IMG/VR virus record: IMGVR_UViG_3300031368_000001
Span: 1 to 64,000 of that record
DNA length: 64,000 nucleotides
Reading direction: 5' to 3' (one strand)
DNA from: a virus
Made by a program: the position numbers and the translations under genes. The notes below the pieces were generated by a model. The model had not been told where the DNA came from and made no database searches. It saw only the letters and a list, made by a program, of their open reading frames with translations. Below, one piece after another: positions 1 through 10,048 of this stretch. Numbering within the stretch: position 1 is the first letter of the stretch; the number at the start of each line of letters is the position of its first letter.

Positions 1-820
1 GATTCAGATGAGCTACTTGATTCTGAAGAACTACTGGAGCTTGATTCAGATGAGCTGCTTGATGATTCAGAACTTGAGCTTGATGATTCAGACGAGCTGC
101 TCGATGAAGATTCTGAAGAACTAGAGGATTCAGAACTGCTACTTGATGAAGATTCTGAAGATGAGCTGGAAGATTCTGAAGAGCTTGAACTAGATGATTC
201 AGATGAGCTGGAAGATGATTCAGATGAGCTACTTGATTCTGAAGAACTACTGGAGCTTGATTCAGATGAGCTGCTTGATGATTCAGAACTTGAGCTTGAT
301 GATTCAGACGAGCTGCTCGATGAAGATTCTGATGAACTAGAGGATTCAGAACTGCTACTTGATGAAGATTCTGATGATGAGCTGGAAGATTCTGAAGAGC
401 TTGAACTAGATGATTCAGATGAGCTGGAAGATGATTCAGATGAGCTACTTGATTCTGAAGAACTACTGGAGCTTGATTCAGATGAGCTACTTGATGATTC
501 AGAACTTGAGCTTGATGATTCAGACGAGCTGCTCGATGAAGATTCTGATGAACTAGAGGATTCAGAACTGCTACTTGATGAAGATTCTGATGATGAGCTG
601 GAAGATTCTGAAGAGCTTGAACTAGATGATTCAGATGAGCTGGAAGATGATTCAGATGAGCTACTTGATTCTGAAGAACTACTGGAGCTTGATTCAGATG
701 AGCTACTTGATGATTCAGAACTTGAGCTTGATGATTCAGACGAGCTGCTCGATGAAGATTCTGATGAACTAGAGGATTCAGAACTGCTACTTGATGAAGA
801 TTCTGATGATGAGCTGGAAG
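1..820. repeat. 216-bp higher-order tandem repeat (~3.8 copies) in Ser-rich CDS
   Basis: gattcagatgagctacttgattctgaagaactactggag starts at 1, 217, 433 and 649. Confidence 0.9.
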
Positions 821-1103
821 ATAATTCAGATGAGCTGGAAGATTCAGAACTGCTACTTGACGATTCAGATGAGCTTGATGATTCAGAGCTGCTACTTGAT
901 GATTCAGACGAACTTGAAGATTCAGAACTGCTGCTTGATGACTCAGAACTGCTGCTTGATGACTCAGAACTGGAGCTGGATTCAGATGAACTACTTGATT
1001 CTGAGCTAGAACTTTCAGAGGAAGAACTGCTAGCCCATTCATCATCTGTGGTAGATTTAAAAATATCATCTGTGGTAGATTTAAAAATATCGTCAACTGC
1101 CAC
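1..1103 (-). CDS. Ser/Glu-rich low-complexity protein, runs off the left edge
   Basis: GTG at 1103 preceded by TAAGGT; translates MAVDDIFKSTTDDIFKSTTDDEWASSSSSESSS... with no stop seen before position 1. Confidence 0.8.
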   Translation of the reverse strand, partial: MAVDDIFKSTTDDIFKSTTDDEWASSSSSESSSSESSSSSESSSSSESSSSSSESSSSSSESSSSSESSSSSSESSSSSESSSSSSESSSSSELSSSSSSESSSSSSSESSSSSESSSSSSSESSSSSSESSSSSSESSSSSSSESSSSSESSSSSSESSSSSSSESSSSSSESSSSSSSESSSSSESSSSSSSESSSSSSESSSSSSESSSSSSSESSSSSESSSSSSESSSSSSSESSSSSSESSSSSSSESSSSSESSSSSSSESSSSSSESSSSSSESSSSSSSESSSSSESSSSSSESSSSSSSESSSSSSESSSSSSSESSSSSESSSSSSSESSSSSSESSSSSSESSSSSSSESSSSSE

Positions 1104-1144
1104 TGGTTTTTACCTTATTTAAGTTATTTTTGGTACTTAAAATT

Positions 1145-1918
1145 TTAGCTTGCGCCACCATCTGTCCATACAGCCTTACCATATCCAAATGTTAGCCATC
1201 CGTCCGTACCAGCACCATCAGCATCTGTTGTTGCTACCAAAAATATGAAATCTCCTACATTTCCTGGACTATCGATTGTGTCTCCTGCATCAAGAGGAGT
1301 ACCATGAAGGTTAATTTTATCAGCATTATCGATCTCTATGATTAGTGTTTCAGTGGTATCACGCACATAAAAACCCACAGTAGCTCCATAACCAACTGTA
1401 GATGCCTTAGCCAGAGTCACGGTACATGCTGCTGATACGAGATAAAGCTTATTCCAAACTTCTGTTAGCTCATCCCCAAGAGTTATAGCTCCTGTTATTT
1501 GAGGTCCCCAAGATGTTCTAGCAATAATTTCTTCTCCATAAAGTTTACACAATTCCCAGTCTTCATTTCCGGCATCTCCAGAATCTATAATACTTGGAAC
1601 AGCTTCAGTACCCGCTGCATCTACATCCAAGACATACGGAAAAAATGCATTTCCGTAAGTGCCATCTTCTAATAAAACCACAATTCCCACATCCAAATTC
1701 TCTGTTGAAGTAATTTTATCAAGAGCACCTGCTGCACCTCCTGTGAGTAAGTGAGCAGGATAGAAATTAGCGGCAATTCCTCCTGCTCCTCCCATCAACA
1801 TTTCGTCTTCCAACTCTGCAACTTTCTTTTCTAATTGATCTAGTCTAACAGACTGGTTAGAACACCCAACGAAAGAAAGGAAAACACCAAGTACTAACAA
1901 AACAAATAATCTTTTCAT
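1145..1918 (-). CDS. Lipoprotein with fibre/adhesin-like beta domain; paralog of 5427..6221
   Basis: Lipobox LSFVGC, short coiled coil, LTGG..ALD..W block shared with 5427..6221; RBS GGAGGT. Confidence 0.7.
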   Translation of the reverse strand: MKRLFVLLVLGVFLSFVGCSNQSVRLDQLEKKVAELEDEMLMGGAGGIAANFYPAHLLTGGAAGALDKITSTENLDVGIVVLLEDGTYGNAFFPYVLDVDAAGTEAVPSIIDSGDAGNEDWELCKLYGEEIIARTSWGPQITGAITLGDELTEVWNKLYLVSAACTVTLAKASTVGYGATVGFYVRDTTETLIIEIDNADKINLHGTPLDAGDTIDSPGNVGDFIFLVATTDADGAGTDGWLTFGYGKAVWTDGGAS

Positions 1919-1943
1919 CTTACTTACCTCCTAAGTTTATTCT

Positions 1944-2375
1944 TTACATTTTAACAAAAAAGATATCATCACTTTCTGGATCTGCCTTCCAGATACGATC
2001 ATCTCTTGGTTCAATCAAATAAATTCCACCCTGAGTAACACAAATGTTTACTGCATGCAGACCTTGCATCCCTCTAAATTCCTTCCCCATGACTTCTCCG
2101 AAAGCCCACGGAAACCATTCTTCTGGCGGGATTTCCTGAAACTCTACTTTTGTAATTCTCATTTTTTTAATATCAGCATGAAGCTGTAAAGAAAAGTCAT
2201 CACAATCAGCTATTGTATTTCTATACTGCATCTGGTCCACTTTACTCTTAGCTAAAGCCTCCTTAAGTTCTTCTGGAGTCGGAATCCAATATTCAGGATC
2301 TACTAGCCATATATGACGAAGTCTTGGCCAGATTAATTTTAATTCTTGTTTAACTTCCCTGTTTGTTTTTTTCAT
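1944..2375 (-). CDS. Papain/transglutaminase-like Cys protease domain (MOA agglutinin C-terminal-like)
   Basis: DCDDF...HAVN...IEP motif order. Confidence 0.65.
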   Translation of the reverse strand: MKKTNREVKQELKLIWPRLRHIWLVDPEYWIPTPEELKEALAKSKVDQMQYRNTIADCDDFSLQLHADIKKMRITKVEFQEIPPEEWFPWAFGEVMGKEFRGMQGLHAVNICVTQGGIYLIEPRDDRIWKADPESDDIFFVKM

Positions 2376-2380
2376 AATTA

Positions 2381-4663
2381 TTACTCCACTTTTAATCCTT
2401 CTAAAGTAACTCCAAAGGTTATAGGACTTGGATTAATCGTAAATGCACTTACCGCATTTGAGGTGGTTTCGTTTGCTGCTGATTCATCTTGCCCGCCAAT
2501 GTAATATGTCTTTGCATCACTTGGATTTAATCCTGTAGAGTCATAACTGAATGATGTACCATAGCCTGCCCCACAAGCCCCTTGTGTTTCTACCGTAGCA
2601 AGGTTTGTCAAATCATCCTCATCCGCTGCGTCTGATTCTCCTATTCTACACACCGCACACTCGTCAGTATCCCATGTAACTGTAACCGTTGTGGTTGCAC
2701 TTGGATATTCTACTGTGGGAAGGGGGACAATATTGCCAATAACGGGAGGGGTTGTATCTCCTTCACCTTCTCCTTCGTATGCTCCTTGGTCTGGTGCAGA
2801 TCCGACTAAAACTATATTTCCGCTAGAGTCCTTATAGAGCCATACATACTCGCCATCAACTCTCGTAAAATCAGCAACTGTAATTGTATTGGTTGCATAA
2901 TTCACCGCTGAAATTTGCATACAGTCAGCAGCCCCGACTGTTGCTCCCACACAGATATAATCAGCAGCTATCGCAGAAAGTGATGATCCCCATGTGCCAT
3001 CTTGGAAATAAAGGGCATCAGTAACGATAAGAGAAGTTCCGCTGCTGGTATCACCAGCATGAACAGTGGTAAGATACGTTCCAGCGTCTATTGCCCCCGA
3101 ACCTGATTGCAATCTAAGATCGGGCAATGTTGTACTTGTTGGGTCAGATAGATCAGCATTAACGAATTTTGGATCACCATAAGCCGAACAATATGCTGAA
3201 GAACCGGTGCAAAAATTATTACTGAAAGTATTGTAATCTGCTATTTGTGCACCTAACGCCCAATCTCCGCCGCCAGAACCATAATCATAAAAGATATTAT
3301 TCTTAATAACATTATCTACTGTAGGCCACCCTGCTCTTGCTGTTCCGCTTGTTTCTTCGGCCCACGTTCCTGCCATACTAAATGTAAGTGTTGTATCATT
3401 AACTACCGTACAGGTATGATACCCGTTATAGTTGATAGTATTTTCAAAATACATCGCAACGCCAGTTTTGAATCTGGGTTCTGCTGCTGTAAGCACTACC
3501 GTTACAGTACCATCCACACCCTCAATAGAGGCTATCGATGCCCAGGCATAACCACCAGCAGTTCTAAAATTCTTACCTTGCCACTGAGGGCCATCATTCT
3601 CATACCGACCACTGTGATAAATTGTGTTATTGTAGAACCTATTATCATCCGAGATAGACGATGAACCACATTTAAAATAGATCCCATTGTTCTGAGCATC
3701 ATAAACTTCATTATACCTTATAATGTTTTTGGGGGCAGTAATTGTCATACCGTCCCCTCCATCATCATCAGGAGGCGGGCCAGACGGGCCGAATCTATTT
3801 CCCTCTACTAAGTTAAATTTATCCTCAGCATACCCGTCATATATCTGTATATTCCGGTTGCCGTACTTCCCGTTAGTGTCCGGGCCATAAGTGCAACCTC
3901 CAGGAGAATCCATGCTTCCTTCGTGATGAAAGTAGTTATTTCTGATAACATTGTATTTTGTAAATGTTTCGAGATTATGATGGCCTCCTGAGTAAAAAGT
4001 ACAATCCTCAATCGTATTATATCCGCTGCCGTTATCATATGAAGGAACACCTATTTGCATTCCTCCGGCATCATTACATCCATCAGTTACATAGCCAGTA
4101 TTTTTAATCGTACACCCATGTATCCAGTTATGGGTACAGGCGGTTCCGCCTTCGGTTAATCCATCCCATATTTGAATGGTTGATGAGCCAGCACCATCAA
4201 TTACACAGTTAGTTATTTCGTTATATGAACCTCCATGTGTAATCATCAATACTCTGTTCATTGTTGCTTCAGGGCCAACATCAATCCCGTCAATCTTAAT
4301 GTAGCTCCTACCAACCAGACAGATGCCGTGATAATAAGTGGTATAAGTTGTTGTAGTATTTTTTATAATAGGCTGTTCGTCTGTATGCGCCTGATAAGTA
4401 ATAACGTGACCTGCCGAACCTGAATTAGCTGGATAGATATGGGTATTGTATATCCCATCTCTCAGAATAACCACATCATCATCATCTGCATTGGCATTGG
4501 CCGTGGTAAGAGAACATGGTTTAGCAATATCCTCCGAGTCAGCCCATGAGTCTGTGCCGTCTGATGCAACATAATTAGTCGTTGCAAAAGCAGATGAGGC
4601 AAAAAATAAAACTATGCCTATAAGAAATATTAATTTATTCAGGTGAGCTACCAATTTGTTCAT
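2381..4663 (-). CDS. Secreted right-handed beta-helix (pectate-lyase-like) protein, putative depolymerase/adhesin
   Basis: Signal peptide MNKLVAHLNKLIFLIGIVLFFASSAFA; YVASDG..PCS cap; N-x-I-x-N-C/N repeats; DLRLQSGSGAIDAG motif. ORF-track start at 4897 overlaps the upstream gene, so 4663/4666 preferred. Confidence 0.8.
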   Translation of the reverse strand: MNKLVAHLNKLIFLIGIVLFFASSAFATTNYVASDGTDSWADSEDIAKPCSLTTANANADDDDVVILRDGIYNTHIYPANSGSAGHVITYQAHTDEQPIIKNTTTTYTTYYHGICLVGRSYIKIDGIDVGPEATMNRVLMITHGGSYNEITNCVIDGAGSSTIQIWDGLTEGGTACTHNWIHGCTIKNTGYVTDGCNDAGGMQIGVPSYDNGSGYNTIEDCTFYSGGHHNLETFTKYNVIRNNYFHHEGSMDSPGGCTYGPDTNGKYGNRNIQIYDGYAEDKFNLVEGNRFGPSGPPPDDDGGDGMTITAPKNIIRYNEVYDAQNNGIYFKCGSSSISDDNRFYNNTIYHSGRYENDGPQWQGKNFRTAGGYAWASIASIEGVDGTVTVVLTAAEPRFKTGVAMYFENTINYNGYHTCTVVNDTTLTFSMAGTWAEETSGTARAGWPTVDNVIKNNIFYDYGSGGGDWALGAQIADYNTFSNNFCTGSSAYCSAYGDPKFVNADLSDPTSTTLPDLRLQSGSGAIDAGTYLTTVHAGDTSSGTSLIVTDALYFQDGTWGSSLSAIAADYICVGATVGAADCMQISAVNYATNTITVADFTRVDGEYVWLYKDSSGNIVLVGSAPDQGAYEGEGEGDTTPPVIGNIVPLPTVEYPSATTTVTVTWDTDECAVCRIGESDAADEDDLTNLATVETQGACGAGYGTSFSYDSTGLNPSDAKTYYIGGQDESAANETTSNAVSAFTINPSPITFGVTLEGLKVE

Positions 4664-5390
4664 CATCAACCCGTATTTTATCATAAATTCCATCCATTTG
4701 GCCGTCAAAACTAAGAAACATAAGATAGTCTGCATCGAAAGCGCTATTTCCATCCGTGACTTCCACCGTTGGTGTTTCTGGCTTAGTTGAATTTTCCGAA
4801 ATCCATATCCTCCCGACAGCGTTACCCCCTTCGCCTGTTTGCTTGGCATATTCCCACCAGACATGATAGGTAGTAGCAGCTGATAAAGCCGTAGCATCTA
4901 CATCCTGTCCACCCCCTAATACTAGCTTAGGTGTCTCATTCCATGCACACTTAAAAGAAAGGACAATAACTCCTCCGTTGTTGCCATTAATTTGAAACAG
5001 GGTACGATCCGTTGATAGACTAAAAGTATCGTAATTTACTATAAAATATCCATAAACGGGATTTGTGTCGGTTATTGCAATATCTATCGTATCGTAATCA
5101 CTACCATTAGCATCAATATCACACCCATAAACACCATCAAGTCCTGATGCCTGAAAATTCACCGCTGTAGTATCTGCGACAACCCATGTATTTTCACAAT
5201 TTACATAAGTCTCATCACCGCTATAACAAACAGATGAACTATCAAAATCTTCACTAAGTATATATGTTGGTGAAGCAGCAGCAGGTATCCCACTCCCAAT
5301 CAAACTAATCGCTGATACAGAGCCACCTATGGCAAGACAAATCAAAACACTGAGTAATATATATAATCGTTTTATACTAATTCTTTTCAT
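4635..5390 (-). CDS. Secreted beta-sandwich (LamG/lectin-like) protein
   Basis: Signal peptide ending GGSVSA; acidic beta-rich sequence ending YDKIRVDDEQIG; RBS AGGAG. Confidence 0.6.
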   Translation of the reverse strand: MKRISIKRLYILLSVLICLAIGGSVSAISLIGSGIPAAASPTYILSEDFDSSSVCYSGDETYVNCENTWVVADTTAVNFQASGLDGVYGCDIDANGSDYDTIDIAITDTNPVYGYFIVNYDTFSLSTDRTLFQINGNNGGVIVLSFKCAWNETPKLVLGGGQDVDATALSAATTYHVWWEYAKQTGEGGNAVGRIWISENSTKPETPTVEVTDGNSAFDADYLMFLSFDGQMDGIYDKIRVDDEQIGSSPE

Positions 5391-5426
5391 GATTTCTCCT
5401 TCTATCTTAAGTTATTACCATGTATC

Positions 5427-6221
5427 TTACATCTCCTCCGTCCATGTTAGTTGTGTCAGCATAGACCACTTTCCACTCGCAACATCCTGCACAATTATAT
5501 ATGAACCTATAGTCTTTGCTTCCCAATAATGGCCAGCAGCCCCAGCACCAATCGTATCTGTCCCATCAGGCTCAACTCGGAAATCATAAGAATCATCTCC
5601 ATCTGCTATGTAAAAGCAATACTCTACTCCACTACCTGTTGCTGGGGGAAGATTACCAGATCTATCAGCAGTTAAACCAGCGATGGTACAGACAAAAGTT
5701 GTTTTCGTTTCATCTACCTCAATATCAAATCCAGCATCAGTCAAGGTCTTTGCTTCTATTCTCCATTTGCCAACTGTGAATGTTTCGTTAGTATCTATGG
5801 TAGAAGGTACAGTTAGAATGTAATAATTAGTGCCTCCTCCAGAACCTTCATAGAATGTCACCTGTCCAGGACTCGTACCTTGACTCACTACTAATACTTT
5901 TGCATAAAATTCTACAAGCATCCATCTTCCAGCTGCTGCCCCAATATCGTCTGGCGCTATTACATCAGGTGAATCTTCTGCAGGGGAACCAGTCGGAACA
6001 GAGTCATAGCGATATAGATAACCCTTATATGTACCGCCATCATCCTGAATGACTATCGCCCCATCTCCATCGGAATAACCTGTCACCGCATCCAAAGCGG
6101 TTCCGCCACCAGTAAGGCCAATTCTCCACCAGATATTATTCGCAGCACTTGCTGGAACCGCAAACACCAACAAAAATAAAACCAATAAAATACCTATTTT
6201 TTTTAATAAACTACTTTTCAT
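5427..6221 (-). CDS. Secreted fibre/adhesin-like protein; paralog of 1145..1918
   Basis: Signal peptide ending AVPASA; ATGA overlap with upstream stop; shared LTGG..ALD and LP.A..G...F blocks. Confidence 0.7.
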   Translation of the reverse strand: MKSSLLKKIGILLVLFLLVFAVPASAANNIWWRIGLTGGGTALDAVTGYSDGDGAIVIQDDGGTYKGYLYRYDSVPTGSPAEDSPDVIAPDDIGAAAGRWMLVEFYAKVLVVSQGTSPGQVTFYEGSGGGTNYYILTVPSTIDTNETFTVGKWRIEAKTLTDAGFDIEVDETKTTFVCTIAGLTADRSGNLPPATGSGVEYCFYIADGDDSYDFRVEPDGTDTIGAGAAGHYWEAKTIGSYIIVQDVASGKWSMLTQLTWTEEM

Positions 6222-9200
6222 GAATCTTTCCATGTGAAACCTCCATCATCTTTAAAGTCAAAACCACCATCATCTTTGAAAACAAAATCAGCACCTGAAG
6301 AACTCGAACTTTCTGAAGAACTTGAACTACTCTCAGAGCTTGAACTGGATTCTGAAGAACTCGAACTACTCTCAGAGCTTGAACTGGAACTCTCAGAGCT
6401 TGAACTGGAACTCTCAGAGCTTGAACTAGATTCTGAAGAACTCGAACTGCTCTCAGAGCTTGAACTAGATTCTGAAGAACTCGAACTGCTCTCAGAGCTT
6501 GAACTAGATTCTGAACTTGAACTACTTGAACTTTCCGAACTACTACTCGAACTCGTCCAAGTTAGTTTTATTTTTACCCAGCCTGTACTGGTAAAACTTA
6601 TACCATTATAAGCATGCCATGTATCTGCATCACATAATACTTCAGTAGTTCCAGTCTTATACTCTATATCAGGGGTTAATCCACTACCGGCGCTGTATTT
6701 ATCTATTATTATTCTTGCACTGCCACTTCCAAGATTCCAGGTCTCTGATTCTACATATTCCCCTGAGCCAAAAGTAATAATTTCATTGTCTCCAACTCCA
6801 GAGATTATAGCAGTACCTGACCAGTTTGTGTCAAGCATTTTGGTATAAGTCTCTGCTACACCAGTTGTATGGCCCCAGCAAATAGTTCCTGCTTGTTGAC
6901 TTGAGGAAGAAGAAGATTCAGAACTAGAACTGGAAGATGATTCAGAGCTGGAACTTGAAGATTCAGAGCTTGAACTTGAAGATTCAGAGCTTGAACTTGA
7001 AGATTCAGAGCTTGAACTTGAAGATTCAGAGCTTGAACTTGAAGATCCAGAGCTTGAACTTGAAGATCCAGAAGAACTTGAAGATCCAGAAGAACTTGAA
7101 GATCCAGAAGAACTTGAAGATCCAGAAGAACTTGAAGATTCAGAGCTTGAACTTGAACTTTCTGATGAGCTTGAGGAAGAAGATTCAGATGAGCTTAAGG
7201 AAGAAGATTCAGATGAGCTTGAGGAAGATTCAGATGAGCTTGAGGAAGATTCAGATGAGCTTGAGGAAGATTCAGATGAGCTTGAGGAAGAAGATTTAGA
7301 TGAGCTAGAGGAAGAAGATTCAGAGCTAGAACTAGATTCAAAGCTAGAACTAGATTCAGAGCTAGAACTAGATTCAAAGCTAGAACTAGATTCAGAGCTT
7401 GATGAACTTGAAGATTCTGAAGAAGAAGAAGGCTCAGAGCTGGATGAACTAGACGATTCAGAACTTGATGAAGATTCAGAGCTTGAACTTGATGATTCAG
7501 AGCTTGAACTTGATGATTCAGAGCTTGAACTTGATGATCTAGAACTGGAAGATGATTCAGAACTGGAGCTGGATGATGATCTAGAATTTGAGCTTGAAGA
7601 AGAATAAAGTGGAAAATGGGTAAACGAACTTGAACTCGAAGATCTAGAACTTGATGATGATTCAGAACTTGATGAAGATTCAGAACTTGAGCTTGAAGAT
7701 CCAGAGCTTGAACTTGATGATCCAGAACTTGATGAAGATTCAGAACTTGAGCTTGATGATTCAGAACTTGATGAAGATTCAGAACTTGAGCTTGAAGATC
7801 CAGAGCTTGAACTTGATGATCCAGAACTTGATGAAGATTCAGAACTTGAGCTTGAAGATTCAGAACTTGAGCTGGATGATTCAGAACTTGAGCTTGATGA
7901 TTCAGAACTTGAGCTTGATGATTCAGAACTTGAGCCGGATGATTCAGAACTTGATGAAGATTCAGAACTCGAGCTTGATGATTCAGAGCTTGAACTTGAT
8001 GATCCAGAACTTGATGATGACTCAGAGCTTGAGCTTGAAGATTTAGAACTTGATGAAGATTTAGAGCTCGAGCTTGAAGATTCAGAGCTTGAGCTGGATG
8101 ATTCAGAACTTGATGAAGACTCAGAGCTTGAACTTGATGATCCAGAACTTGATGATGACTCAGAGCTTGAGCTTGATGACTCAGAGCTTGAACTTGATGA
8201 TTCAGAACTTGATGATGATTCAGAACTTGAGTCAGACGAAGATACTGAAGAAAAACCTCCATAAAACTCTATGTTAGTAATTTCCATATTAGGATCTAAG
8301 TAATTCCAACCCTGAAGAAGAGCTATCGCTCTACCATGAAATGTCAATTCCAATATACTTCCAGAGCTAACCTCTCCTTCATAAACAAGAAAATACGATG
8401 AAAGAGTTTTATCATAAAGATCTATAGTAAAACTTCCTCCGCCACTCAGTGTAAATCTCATCTTGGTGGGTCGATAACAATCTGTCCAACCACCAATCGG
8501 CTCTATTTCAATTTCACCGCCTTCATCTAGCTTCCATTTAGCCCCGGTCCAAGAGCCAGGACCAAACAACTGCCATTCTGTATTGTCAAAGTGTGGTTTC
8601 CACCCAGGAAATAAATCCGGACAACTAGAAGAAGAACCCGAGCTACTACTGGCGCTAGAAGAACTACTTTCTGGGAATAAGTCTATACCAACGTCACTAC
8701 CATCACCACTCTCACCACCACTACCGAAAAAAACTTTGGCATTTTTATCAGCTAGTAAATCTGCCTTTATATAACTTGGTACATTTTCATCATTTATATA
8801 TGATTCATACTGTGCCAGACATGCATTATGTGCTCCCCCATGGGTCCAACCTGCTATAAGATATTGATCTATCATTAAGGCAGAATTAAAGAAATATTTA
8901 GATATTGAATCAGAATCAGGCTCGGCTCCTGATTCTAGCCAAAAAGTCCATACATCATTATAGGCATGAACACCATAGGCTCCATGATCTACTAACCATG
9001 AGGCAAGACTTTGTCCAAGATTACAAGACAGAAAATTAAAATGTCTGTTAGCACAGACGGCAGCCGTTTCAGAATTTTCAGAGAATACCATTTGGGTATT
9101 TTGGCCATACCAACTCGTAGAAGAACCATGGCCAAAAACGGAAATATAACGAGAATAAGGTGTTTCCGATAAAAATTTTGTTCTTGTAGCATTGGCTGCG

Positions 9201-9328
9201 TATAAATCTGCACAAAATGGTCGTGTCTCTGCGCAATAACTACCAACATTGCCCTGCCACCATGCTCCCCAGTGAGTAGCAAGATCATAATCAGGCCTGC
9301 CTACAAGAATTTGTCCGTAGTCACTCAT
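6218..9328 (-). CDS. Large virion-associated protein: N-terminal clan CD (gingipain/C25-like) peptidase domain, long Ser/Glu stalks, two small globular domains
   Basis: VFGHGS...FNFLSC His/Cys dyad pattern; about 500 residues of SSSE repeats. Confidence 0.7.
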   Translation of the reverse strand: MSDYGQILVGRPDYDLATHWGAWWQGNVGSYCAETRPFCADLYAANATRTKFLSETPYSRYISVFGHGSSTSWYGQNTQMVFSENSETAAVCANRHFNFLSCNLGQSLASWLVDHGAYGVHAYNDVWTFWLESGAEPDSDSISKYFFNSALMIDQYLIAGWTHGGAHNACLAQYESYINDENVPSYIKADLLADKNAKVFFGSGGESGDGSDVGIDLFPESSSSSASSSSGSSSSCPDLFPGWKPHFDNTEWQLFGPGSWTGAKWKLDEGGEIEIEPIGGWTDCYRPTKMRFTLSGGGSFTIDLYDKTLSSYFLVYEGEVSSGSILELTFHGRAIALLQGWNYLDPNMEITNIEFYGGFSSVSSSDSSSESSSSSESSSSSSESSSSSSESSSSSGSSSSSSESSSSSESSSSSSESSSSSSKSSSSSKSSSSSSESSSSSGSSSSSSESSSSSSESSSSSESSGSSSESSSSSSESSSSSSESSSSSSESSSSSSESSSSSGSSSSSSGSSSSSSESSSSSESSSSSSESSSSSGSSSSSSGSSSSSSESSSSSESSSSSRSSSSSSFTHFPLYSSSSSNSRSSSSSSSESSSSSRSSSSSSESSSSSSESSSSSSESSSSSESSSSSSSEPSSSSESSSSSSSESSSSFESSSSSESSSSFESSSSSESSSSSSSKSSSSSSSESSSSSSESSSSSSESSSSSSESSSLSSSESSSSSSSESSSSSSESSSSSGSSSSSGSSSSSGSSSSSGSSSSSSGSSSSSSESSSSSSESSSSSSESSSSSSESSSSSSESSSSSSSESSSSSSQQAGTICWGHTTGVAETYTKMLDTNWSGTAIISGVGDNEIITFGSGEYVESETWNLGSGSARIIIDKYSAGSGLTPDIEYKTGTTEVLCDADTWHAYNGISFTSTGWVKIKLTWTSSSSSSESSSSSSSESSSSSESSSSSSESSSSSESSSSSSESSSSSESSSSSSESSSSSSESSSSSSESSSSSESSSSSSESSSSSGADFVFKDDGGFDFKDDGGFTWKDS

Positions 9329-9372
9329 TTTAATTCTCTTGATTTGTTAGTTAGAAAAAGATTTCAACATAA

Positions 9373-9684
9373 TTACTTCATAATTCCTTTACTGATTTTA
9401 TATCGCATCCATTCTTTTTGTTTATCTAATTCTTTTTTACCTACAGAATCTATCTTTCTTGTGTTAACTGCATGTTTCTTTTTTGAACCTTTAAGTTTTT
9501 TGTCCTTTCTTATTTCTGTTATTTCTATATTAACATGTTTGAACACATCTGACATCTTTACTGGTGAATCCCCATCTAAAGTTACTCTGAGCATTTTTTC
9601 AGGATCTTTCCCATCTTTAATCATTGCATCTACAACATATTTTTTATAATGCTTATATGCTTCTTCATCAGTTATCTTTCTCAT
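9373..9684 (-). CDS. Basic hypothetical protein
   Basis: 103-aa ORF with AAGGAG RBS. Confidence 0.6.
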   Translation of the reverse strand: MRKITDEEAYKHYKKYVVDAMIKDGKDPEKMLRVTLDGDSPVKMSDVFKHVNIEITEIRKDKKLKGSKKKHAVNTRKIDSVGKKELDKQKEWMRYKISKGIMK

Positions 9685-9747
9685 ATTTCTCCTTCTTTCT
9701 AAAAAATTTCTCCTTCTTTCTAAAAAATTTCTCCTTCTTTCTAAAAA
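9685..9747. repeat. 21-bp tandem repeat x3 containing an RBS
   Basis: atttctccttctttctaaaaa x3. Confidence 0.9.
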
Positions 9748-9769
9748 ATTTTTCCTTGATACATACTCT

Positions 9770-9940
9770 TAGATTTATCTAGTTTAGTGGAATCACAAAA
9801 TAGGCATTTAGAGTTCTTGCTACTGAGTTTCTGGAAGACTCAGATGAGTTGGAAGATCCAGAATTTGAGCTGCATTATGTGTTGTTTCATAGCAATTATC
9901 TGAAAGCCCCACCAGTACATTGGTCTGGTCCCCAATTTAA
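9770..9940 (-). pseudogene. Decayed relic of a Ser-rich/tail gene
   Basis: Fragments in different frames: WGPDQCTGGAF and SSNSGSSNSSESS..LNAYFVIPLN*, the latter resembling ILSAYFVVPPDW of 10049..10615. Confidence 0.35.
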
Positions 9941-10048
9941 TTTAAACAAGCCTTTACTCCACTGTCTTCTTTACTCCACTGTCTTCTTTACTCCACTGTC
10001 TTTTTTACTTCACTGTCTTTGTTATTCCACTGTCTCCATTGTCTCTAT

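Noticed and set aside
4667-4897. N-terminal extension of the 838-aa ORF
   Set aside because: Overlaps the coding frame of 4635..5390; the signal peptide begins at 4663/4666
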